Positions 6,862 to 12,896 of a stretch of 12,896 bases of DNA are shown in pieces. Each line of letters starts with the position of its first letter. The stretch's first letter is position 1. A model generated the notes under the pieces. The model did no database searches, had not been told where the DNA came from, and saw only the letters and a list, made by a program, of their open reading frames with translations. The translations under genes were made by a program, and so were the position numbers. The stretch is from positions 1 through 12,896 of IMG/VR virus record IMGVR_UViG_2700989170_000001. One strand, given 5' to 3'. Source of the stretch: a virus (taxonomy: Duplodnaviria; Heunggongvirae; Uroviricota; Caudoviricetes).

Positions 6862-7515
6862 ATGAAATGGTATGAACTGGCTAGATCCAGAATGAAAGAA
6901 CTCGGCATAACTCAAGAGAAGTTAGCTGAAGAGCTTGGTATGACGCAGGGTGGAATTGGTCACTGGTTGCGCGGATCTCGTCATCCATCTCTTGACGAGA
7001 TTGGTGTGGTGTTTAAATACCTTGGTATTGATAACGTCTCATTCAACCACGACGGTACATTTTCACCTGTTGGCGAATACTCATCTGCCCCCGTTAAAAA
7101 ACAATATGAGTACCCTGTTTTTTCTCATGTTCAGGCCGGGATGTTCTCGCCTGAGCTTAGAACCTTTACCAAAGGTGATGCGGAGAGATGGGTCAGCACA
7201 ACCAAAAAAGCCAGTGATTGTGCGTTTTGGCTTGAAGTTGAAGGTAATTCCATGACCGCACCAACAGGATCCAAGCCAAGCTTTCCTGACGGGATGTTAA
7301 TTCTCGTTGACCCTGAGCAGGCTGTTGAGCCAGGTGATTTCTGCATAGCCAGACTTGGTGGTGACGAGTTTACCTTCAAGAAACTGATCAGGGATAGCGG
7401 TCAGGTGTTCCTACAACCACTAAACCCGCAATATCCAATGATCCCATGCAATGATAGCTGTTCCGTAGTAGGGAAAGTTATCGCCAGCCAGTGGCCTGAA
7501 GAGACATTTAGTTAA
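6862..7515 (+). CDS. cI: CI-type prophage repressor (N-terminal HTH, C-terminal S24/LexA-like autopeptidase), about 217 aa
   Basis: The HTH is [23 protein letters not shown]. There is an Ala-Gly site (VQAGMF), a GNSMTAP serine motif and a downstream FKKL lysine motif. The ATG at 6862 has AAGGA 7 nt upstream (6856 is an alternative). The ORF-track start at 6781 would lie inside the operator region. Confidence 0.85.
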   Translation: MKWYELARSRMKELGITQEKLAEELGMTQGGIGHWLRGSRHPSLDEIGVVFKYLGIDNVSFNHDGTFSPVGEYSSAPVKKQYEYPVFSHVQAGMFSPELRTFTKGDAERWVSTTKKASDCAFWLEVEGNSMTAPTGSKPSFPDGMLILVDPEQAVEPGDFCIARLGGDEFTFKKLIRDSGQVFLQPLNPQYPMIPCNDSCSVVGKVIASQWPEETFS

Positions 7516-7546
7516 CAGCCTCACCACTCTAAAACACACAACAATA

Positions 7547-7575
7547 ACCCGACCTTAGCGTCGGGTTTTCTTTTT
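7547..7575 (+). terminator. Intrinsic terminator downstream of cI
   Basis: A 7-bp perfect stem ACCCGAC/GTCGGGT (7547-7553 and 7560-7566) with a 6-nt loop is followed by TTTCTTTTT. Confidence 0.6.
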
Positions 7576-7626
7576 CCAAAATATAAATCAATAAAATACA
7601 AAGTGTTATAAAAAACTAACCACATT

Positions 7627-7669
7627 TAGAACATTTTGTATTAACTCAATAAAGTACACATCGTACTAT
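7627..7669 (+). promoter_or_regulatory. Left operator/promoter region (OL with PL)
   Basis: PL candidate: -35 TTAACT (7641-7646), 17-bp spacer, -10 TACTAT (7664-7669). The operator AAAGTACACATCGTA (7651-7665) is, in reverse complement, a 14/15 match to the OR site at 6775-6789. A weaker site is AGAACATTTTGTA (7628-7640). Confidence 0.5.
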
Positions 7670-7715
7670 TTAGCCATCAGCAGGAAGCTGGAAGCCAAAC
7701 GGAACAGATTGGCAG

Positions 7716-7749
7716 GCTCTTTAACTTCGATGGGGCGCTGACAAAGCGC
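7716..7749 (+). promoter_or_regulatory. nutL-like site (boxA plus boxB)
   Basis: boxA GCTCTTTAA (7716-7724) is followed by boxB GCGCTGACAAAGCGC (7735-7749; stem GCGCU/AGCGC with a GACAA pentaloop, as I recall for P22 boxB). It lies in the PL leader, about 120 nt upstream of N. Confidence 0.6.
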
Positions 7750-7868
7750 AAACAGATACCAAACGAGATGGGTTTGGCGGTGATGTGAATTGCAGCTGCA
7801 ACGACAGCAACCAGAAGATCAGCACCTGGCGCATCACCACCAAAGCCATTTCACATGAGGAAAATATC

Positions 7869-8177
7869 ATGACGGTAATCGTGTACGGGAAATCAACATT
7901 TGCAGGAAATGCCAAAACTCGCCGTCATGAGCGGCGCAGAAAGCTGGCTATCGAGCGTGATGCTATATGCAACATCATCGATTCGATCTTCGGCACAGAC
8001 AGTGAGGAACCTGTTCAGGAAGCCCCGAGAAAACGTTTAATCCTTTCTGAAAAAGCAATATCACTCGGCAACATTCGTAACCAAAATACCGACGAATGCA
8101 GTGGAAGTATTTGCCTGCCAAACGTAGCTCTTTACGCGGCAGGCTACCGGAAATCAAAACAACTGACAGCCAGGTAA
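7869..8177 (+). CDS. N: Antitermination protein N (P22 gp24-like, arginine-rich motif), 102 aa
   Basis: The N-terminus MTVIVYGKSTFAGNAKTRRHERRRKLAIER carries the arginine-rich RNA-binding motif and resembles P22 N as I recall it. The ATG at 7869 has GAGGA upstream. The ORF-track start at 7785 would overlap nutL. Confidence 0.8.
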   Translation: MTVIVYGKSTFAGNAKTRRHERRRKLAIERDAICNIIDSIFGTDSEEPVQEAPRKRLILSEKAISLGNIRNQNTDECSGSICLPNVALYAAGYRKSKQLTAR

Positions 8178-8180
8178 GTG

Positions 8181-8405
8181 ATGAATCAGACATACATTCC
8201 ATCATGCTTGAGAAATCTGCCAAAGCAGAAAGCAAAGCCCCGCAAGCAAGCCATAAAGGACGCTAAGGCAGAGGTTATTGATCAAGCAATACAATTGCTC
8301 AGGGAGGAGTTAAGAAGTGGCAAGCTCGAAGGAATGATGATGCCTTATCAGCGCGGATATCTATCGGCTATTAGTAAGTTGGAAGTATTGAAGAGTGAAT
8401 TATGA
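8181..8405 (+). CDS. Hypothetical protein (74 aa) immediately downstream of N
   Basis: AGGT lies 5 nt upstream of the ATG at 8181. The ORF is charged and lysine-rich, runs in the direction of the PL operon, and I recognise no family. Confidence 0.5.
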   Translation: MNQTYIPSCLRNLPKQKAKPRKQAIKDAKAEVIDQAIQLLREELRSGKLEGMMMPYQRGYLSAISKLEVLKSEL

Positions 8406-8467
8406 ACTATCTGGAATTTCCGGATGGTTCATTGTTTTGGCAGCAAACCACTTATTTGAGGTGAGAT

Positions 8468-8554
8468 ATGGAAGAAGAATTTGAAGAGTTCGAAGAGCAT
8501 CCTCAGGATGTGATGGAACAATACCAGGACTATCCTTATGACTACGACTATTGA
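8468..8554 (+). CDS. Candidate small acidic peptide (28 aa: MEEEFEEFEEHPQDVMEQYQDYPYDYDY)
   Basis: A strong SD GAGGTGA lies 3-4 nt upstream of the ATG. The upstream 20-aa ORF (8402-8464) overlaps the orf74 stop by ATGA and ends inside this SD. It is too small to call with confidence. Confidence 0.3.
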   Translation: MEEEFEEFEEHPQDVMEQYQDYPYDYDY

Positions 8555-8771
8555 TAAGAATCAATGGAGTGGACAATACGAACGACGGCAATGATTGCCA
8601 GAGAACTTGGTAAACAGAACAACAAAGCTGCCTGATAGTGGCCTTTATTTTTGGCATAAATAACAGAATAAACACTGCACTGTGTATTCATTCCAACGAG
8701 TGAATACACGGAGCAATGTCGCTCGTAACTAAACAGGAGCCGACTTGTTCTGATTATTGGAAATCTTCTTT

Positions 8772-8795
8772 GCCCTCCAGTGTGAGGGCTTTTTT
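8772..8795 (+). terminator. Intrinsic terminator upstream of the cIII-like gene (tL-type)
   Basis: A perfect 6-bp stem GCCCTC/GAGGGC (8772-8777 and 8784-8789) with a 6-nt loop is followed by TTTTTAT. Confidence 0.55.
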
Positions 8796-8861
8796 ATATG
8801 CATACCAATAACGCTTCATTCGAGGCGTTTTCGTTATGCAATCAAACAGAAGGAGCATCCT

Positions 8862-9032
8862 ATGCAACAGTTCGCTATTGCAGGGGCGGCATCGGTTCGC
8901 CCTTTCAACCCAATTTTATCGGTACAGCATTCACGAAAAAATATTTTAACCGGAGCAGACTTTAAACAACCAAGAATGAAAAGTTTGCTCGAAAAGCTTT
9001 GGGATATTTTGAAACAACAAGGCCGTCCATGA
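8862..9032 (+). CDS. CIII-like protein (putative FtsH inhibitor), 56 aa
   Basis: The N-terminus MQQFAIAG and the segment SLLEKLWDILKQQG resemble lambda CIII as I recall it (MQYAIAG...ESLLERITRKLRDGWKRLIDILNQPG). AAGGAG lies 6 nt upstream of the ATG. The ORF-track TTG start at 8757 would run through the terminator. Confidence 0.5.
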   Translation: MQQFAIAGAASVRPFNPILSVQHSRKNILTGADFKQPRMKSLLEKLWDILKQQGRP

Positions 9033-9136
9033 GTTTTACAGATAACTGGTCAGACGAAGAATTCATTCGTCAGATGAACAAAATGCTCAATCAGCACAAA
9101 GAACAGGAGAAAGATGATGATTCTGACTCTGAATGA
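9029..9136 (+). CDS. Candidate small ORF (35 aa) overlapping the cIII-like stop (kil-like position)
   Basis: Its ATG overlaps the cIII-like TGA (ATGA). The product is MSFTDNWSDEEFIRQMNKMLNQHKEQEKDDDSDSE. Its 3' end overlaps the start of the next ORF in another frame. Confidence 0.3.
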   Translation: MSFTDNWSDEEFIRQMNKMLNQHKEQEKDDDSDSE

Positions 9137-9425
9137 TAAGCGTGAAATATCGCAAATCATCGCAAGTTTTACCGATGATGATTACGAACGAATCAACAGT
9201 GAAGTTGATCGCCTCTGCAAACGTTGCGACCCAATAAGCGAAATGCTTCGCTCATATAAACCAGATGAACACACTAAGGACGCTATCGACTGGCTGGAAG
9301 ATGATGACTGTAACTATCAGGAAAAAGCCGCTGAATGGTTCTGGGATGCAATAACCGAAAGAGTTAAGGCTGAATATGCCTTCGCAATATTCAAACGCAG
9401 ACACATTTTTGGAGAAGCTGCATGA
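9114..9425 (+). CDS. Hypothetical acidic protein (103 aa) immediately upstream of the recombinase
   Basis: AGGAGAAAG lies upstream of the ATG, and its stop overlaps the RecT ATG (ATGA). By position it corresponds to lambda gam or P22 abc, but I see no sequence similarity to support that. Confidence 0.6.
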   Translation: MMILTLNDKREISQIIASFTDDDYERINSEVDRLCKRCDPISEMLRSYKPDEHTKDAIDWLEDDDCNYQEKAAEWFWDAITERVKAEYAFAIFKRRHIFGEAA

Positions 9426-10324
9426 GCAATATCGTTGAATTCGTTAAACAGCAGGAGCAGTTATTCTGCGGAGCATTGACTGAACAGACGGTGACATGGG
9501 CTAAGGAAAGCCAGTTTGCAATTCAGTATTTCCAGAAAAACGATTACCTGGCTAAAACAGCACTGGCAAATCCAACCAGCGCACAGAACGCCATCATCAA
9601 TGTTGCGGCGATCGGCATCACCTTAAACCCGGCCAGCAAACTGGCTTATCTGGTTCCTCGCGACGGCATGGTGTGCCTTGATATCAGTTACATGGGATTA
9701 CTTCATCTTGCGCAATCGACAGGATCAATTAAGTGGGGGCAATGCAAACTGGTGTACTCAAACGACACCTATGAATCAAATGGCCTTGATTCAGCACCAA
9801 CCCACAAATACAACGCATTTGGTGAGCGAGGCTCTATTGTTGGAGGTTATTGCACGGTTAAAACAGCAGATGGTGACTACCTGACTGAAGAAATGAGTCT
9901 GGCAGAAATTAAAGCTGTGGAAGCAACGAGCAAGGCAAAGAATGGACCGTGGAAAACATTCTGGGAAGAGATGGCGCGTAAAACAATAGTTAAACGCGCC
10001 AGCAAATACTGGCCTAAAGCCCAGCGACTGGATAATGCCATTCACCTGCTTAACGAAGATGAAGGTATGCATCAGGAACCAGTTATGCCGCACAAATCAG
10101 AGGAAGATATCCGCGAAGATGAACGGAAACGCCAGCAGGAAATAATGGATAAAGCACAACTTCTTTGCGATGAAATGGCTCAGGCAGAAAACATGGATGA
10201 TTTGAAGCGATATTTTGCAGAAGCATATCGCCTGACATCTGGAATGAAATTGCAGCAGAACGTACAAGCCATTTACATAGAATGCAAAGCGAAACTGGAG
10301 GTTGCCAGTGAGCAAACTGTATGA
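9422..10324 (+). CDS. RecT-family single-strand annealing protein (300 aa)
   Basis: The central region (AIINVAAIGITLNPASKLAYLVPRDG, GPWKTFWEEMARKTIVKRASKYWP) looks RecT-like. It sits in the early-left operon where lambdoid phages carry their recombinase. Confidence 0.75.
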   Translation: MSNIVEFVKQQEQLFCGALTEQTVTWAKESQFAIQYFQKNDYLAKTALANPTSAQNAIINVAAIGITLNPASKLAYLVPRDGMVCLDISYMGLLHLAQSTGSIKWGQCKLVYSNDTYESNGLDSAPTHKYNAFGERGSIVGGYCTVKTADGDYLTEEMSLAEIKAVEATSKAKNGPWKTFWEEMARKTIVKRASKYWPKAQRLDNAIHLLNEDEGMHQEPVMPHKSEEDIREDERKRQQEIMDKAQLLCDEMAQAENMDDLKRYFAEAYRLTSGMKLQQNVQAIYIECKAKLEVASEQTV

Positions 10325-10790
10325 AATAGCCAATGAATACGCAAAGCTGATGGATTCAGATTTAGAGCCAGAGATGATTGCTGACACAATAGAAGGCATG
10401 GAAGGAGAATTTACCGATAAAATAGAGCAACTTCTTGCCATTATTAAAAATGAATATGGTTATGCTGAACGCCTCAAGGACGAGGCAAAGTCACTAAATG
10501 AGCGAGCCGCAGTAATTCAAAATAAGATTGACAGCATTATGGCGTATATAGCGTCATCGCTTGAAATGGTTGGCAAGAAAAAGATTCGAGCAGGTATTCA
10601 CCAGGTAACAATCCGCAAACCGTCAGAAACTGTAGAAATCATCGACTCAAGCGCCCTTCCTCCTGAATACGTTGAGTTCGAAACGACAATTAAAGCCGAC
10701 AAACTGGCAATCAAACACCAACTAAAAGCAGGAATAAATATCCCCGGTGCTCAACTCAAAGTTGGGAAACCTTCACTTCTTATCAAATAA
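10308..10790 (+). CDS. Gp157-like protein (recombination-module accessory), about 160 aa
   Basis: The protein starts MSKLYEIANEYAKL and contains ADTIEGMEGEFTDK and INIPGAQL, which fits the Gp157 family commonly found next to phage annealases. The GTG at 10308 has GGAG 7 nt upstream and lies in the last codons of RecT. The ORF-track TTG at 10302 is an alternative. Confidence 0.6.
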   Translation: MSKLYEIANEYAKLMDSDLEPEMIADTIEGMEGEFTDKIEQLLAIIKNEYGYAERLKDEAKSLNERAAVIQNKIDSIMAYIASSLEMVGKKKIRAGIHQVTIRKPSETVEIIDSSALPPEYVEFETTIKADKLAIKHQLKAGINIPGAQLKVGKPSLLIK

Positions 10791-10801
10791 CGGTATCGCC
10801 T

Positions 10802-11116
10802 ATGAAAAAGACTCCATGGGAGAAATGGGAAGTCGATTTCTTGCGCGAGGTAGCGGCGACAATGCCAGTTGAAGTTATCGCAGAAAAACTGGAAAGGACT
10901 GAAAAAGCAGTAATGGCGAAAGCAACAAGGATTGGCGCTGACATTGTTAGCCGACTTCGTGGAAGACGATGGACAAGAGCCGAAGTATCACTTTTCGGTA
11001 AGTTCTCCGCAGAAGAAATAGCAATTGCAACCTGCCGCTCAATTTATTCAGTAAGAGCTATGCGATACAAGCTAAAAAAACTCGATGAAGAAAGAGCAGG
11101 CATACGAATAAATTAA
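10802..11116 (+). CDS. Hypothetical protein (104 aa) with two internally similar helix-rich halves
   Basis: The two halves are alike ([25 protein letters not shown]... and [25 protein letters not shown]...), suggesting a tandem HTH-like domain. The RBS is weak. I recognise no family. Confidence 0.55.
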   Translation: MKKTPWEKWEVDFLREVAATMPVEVIAEKLERTEKAVMAKATRIGADIVSRLRGRRWTRAEVSLFGKFSAEEIAIATCRSIYSVRAMRYKLKKLDEERAGIRIN

Positions 11117-11132
11117 CAAAGAGGAATTTACC

Positions 11133-11300
11133 ATGAGAGGACTTGCATACAATCCCGGCATTCTTCCGGCAGAAATGATTATTCGCCAACGCGTAAAGCC
11201 AATGCCATCGAGAGAGGAATTGCTTAAGAGAAATTCTTTTCCATCAGTGAATCAAAACAAATATCTGAATGCGATGTGGCGTAAAGGAGGCAACCAGTGA
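11133..11300 (+). CDS. Hypothetical small protein (55 aa)
   Basis: GAGGA lies 7 nt upstream of the ATG at 11133. The stop overlaps the GTG start of the next gene (GTGA). It is below the ORF-track cutoff and was found by hand translation. Confidence 0.45.
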   Translation: MRGLAYNPGILPAEMIIRQRVKPMPSREELLKRNSFPSVNQNKYLNAMWRKGGNQ

Positions 11301-11869
11301 GCGAGATTAATTACCAGGCACTGCGTGAGGCCGCAGAGAAGGCTACGAAAGGTCAGTGGGCTGTTGAATTCGACGATGAGATTTACTCCACTGACGGCGT
11401 GAACCATGAGCAAATAGCTATGGTGTTCAGTGAAAACGAATCGCGTGATGCTGCTTTCATCGCCGCAGCCAATCCCGCTACCGTCTTGGCGCTGCTGGAT
11501 GAGCTGGAAAGAAACCAGCAATACATCAAATCCCGCGACCAGGAGAACGAGGAAATTGCGCTAACGGTAGGGAAGCTGCGCGTTGAGCTGGAAGCCGCAG
11601 AAGCGCTGAATAAACACTTGGAGTTAGCAATCCGAAAAGCTGATGGTTGTAGCGAGGCGTTAAGGAGAAAAACAGAAGCCGCAGAGAAGCGCATCGCTGA
11701 ACTGGAGGCGCGGGAGGTTGTGCTTCCGCAATGCTATAGCATGTTGCATCGCGTCGATTTTGACGAGCCTTACCACACTGAAATGGTTTACAGGCAGCAT
11801 CAGGTTCTTGAGGCACTGCACAACGCTGGAATAAACGTCACCGAAGCATGTAAAGGAGAGGCATCATGA
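11297..11869 (+). CDS. Ead/Ea22-like protein (190 aa)
   Basis: The N-terminus [18 protein letters not shown]...[21 protein letters not shown] is typical of the Ead/Ea22-like family of lambdoid early-left operons. The GTG start has AAGGAGG 7 nt upstream. Confidence 0.7.
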   Translation: MSEINYQALREAAEKATKGQWAVEFDDEIYSTDGVNHEQIAMVFSENESRDAAFIAAANPATVLALLDELERNQQYIKSRDQENEEIALTVGKLRVELEAAEALNKHLELAIRKADGCSEALRRKTEAAEKRIAELEAREVVLPQCYSMLHRVDFDEPYHTEMVYRQHQVLEALHNAGINVTEACKGEAS

Positions 11870-12540
11870 GCACTATCACAAGAGAATGGCTGCAGCAGGC
11901 TATCAACGATTATGAAAGCGTTCGTGATGAGCTTCCTTTCGGGCTTGATGATTACCAGGGGAATATCCTGGCTGCCCTGCGTATTGCACTGGCATCGCTG
12001 GAAGCAGAGCCTATTGGCGCATTCCACATTGCAGAACAGCAAGTTGACGGCACAAGTGACTACATCAAGGATGGGGAATGGCCTATTGATAATGGGATTA
12101 TTGAAGTCTACGCCGCTCCGCCAGTACCGGTAGTACCTGCTGCATTACCTGAGAACGACGATGAGGATGGGCATGACATTGATTATCTTGAGCCATCTGA
12201 AGTTTACGCGCTTGGGCGAACAGCTGGCTGGAACGCCTGCCGCGCCGCCATGCTTCAGGGTAAATCCGAACAACCACAAAACGCACAACAAAATATTCCG
12301 GAAAATATTCCCGGTGGCAACTCTCCGGTAACTCCTGATGGTTGGATAAGCTGTAGTGATCGAATGCCGGAAGACACCAAAATGTTACTGGCATTTAGTC
12401 AAGGTGAAATCGTGGCCGCATATTGGAACTGGGTTGCAAATCCAATTGATTACAAAAAATATAGAGCTTTCACGTATTTATCAGGATATATCTTGGATGA
12501 CGTAACTCACTGGATGCCGCTACCAGAGCCTCCACTTTGA
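11866..12540 (+). CDS. DUF551-like prophage protein (224 aa)
   Basis: The C-terminus DGWISCSDRMPE...THWMPLPEPP looks like the DUF551 domain. The ATG overlaps the upstream stop (ATGA). The middle is acidic and Pro-rich. Confidence 0.65.
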   Translation: MSTITREWLQQAINDYESVRDELPFGLDDYQGNILAALRIALASLEAEPIGAFHIAEQQVDGTSDYIKDGEWPIDNGIIEVYAAPPVPVVPAALPENDDEDGHDIDYLEPSEVYALGRTAGWNACRAAMLQGKSEQPQNAQQNIPENIPGGNSPVTPDGWISCSDRMPEDTKMLLAFSQGEIVAAYWNWVANPIDYKKYRAFTYLSGYILDDVTHWMPLPEPPL

Positions 12541-12636
12541 AAGCGAAGCTTATACATATCTTTTACATCAGCAATCTATTGTTAATCTCCAATCAATGTT
12601 ACGTTGTCATCTCACTCATGCTTTGGAGGTAGTGAT

Positions 12637-12816
12637 ATGTCTTGTCCAAAATGCGGTTCTGGAAATATTGCAAAAGAAAAAACAATGCGTGGATGGTCTG
12701 GTGATTATGTGTGCTGCGATTGCGGATACAACGACTCTAAAGACGCATTTGGAGAGCGTGGTAAAAACGAGTTTGTCAAAATTAATAAAGAACGCGAAGG
12801 CAACGAAAAAAGCTAA
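12637..12816 (+). CDS. Small zinc-ribbon protein (59 aa; CPKCG ... CCDCG)
   Basis: GGAGG lies 7 nt upstream of the ATG at 12637. Two Cys pairs (CPKC and CCDC) are spaced for a zinc ribbon. The ORF-track start at 12604 has no RBS. Confidence 0.5.
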   Translation: MSCPKCGSGNIAKEKTMRGWSGDYVCCDCGYNDSKDAFGERGKNEFVKINKEREGNEKS

Positions 12817-12896
12817 TTTATTTATTCATATATGAAAACAATGTAACCAATATTCGATTTGAAGAACTGAAAGAACACCAAGCCGCCTGATGGCGG

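Noticed and set aside
8400-8675. Minus-strand 91-aa ORF antisense to the N-proximal small ORFs
   Set aside because: It starts with GTG, has no SD, uses many rare codons (ATA, AGT, TTA), and runs against the direction of the PL operon. I favour the plus-strand small ORFs or a non-coding region.
9791-10441. Minus-strand ORFs (100 and 114 aa) inside RecT and the Gp157-like gene
   Set aside because: They are antisense to well-supported genes, have no RBS, and are low-complexity and Cys/Phe-rich, which is typical of spurious antisense frames.
1-12896. CRISPR arrays, insertion sequences, integrase or attachment sites
   Set aside because: I found no regularly spaced direct repeats with spacers, no transposase or integrase-like ORFs, and no terminal inverted repeats. 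The only tandem repeats are the short iterons inside the O-like gene.

Overview
This window looks like the early region of a mosaic lambdoid prophage (lambda-like and P22-like segments), inverted relative to the usual lambda map. All calls come from reading the sequence and ORF track and from recalled protein families; no database search was run. The minus strand carries the rightward early operon: cro, nutR, cII, a replication module (O-like initiator with internal iterons, DnaB-type helicase), a nin region (ninB, ninD, ninE, ninF, a Rha/Ant-type antirepressor insert, YbcO-like, rusA, ninH) and the late antiterminator Q, with about 430 bp of non-coding late leader at the window start. The plus strand carries cI, a terminator, PL/OL, nutL, N and the early-left operon (small ORFs, a cIII-like gene, a RecT-family annealase, a Gp157-like protein, Ea22-like, DUF551 and a zinc-ribbon protein). 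Most adjacent genes overlap by ATGA, GTGA or TAATG stop-start junctions. I found no rRNA, tRNA, CRISPR array, integrase or transposase. I cannot show a clearly novel system from sequence alone. The best places to look are the N-proximal small-ORF cluster (8181-8640), the unassigned ORFs just upstream of RecT, the antirepressor insert in the nin region, the Cys-rich ORF at the lambda ren position, and an unannotated 53-aa ORF between cII and the replication gene.
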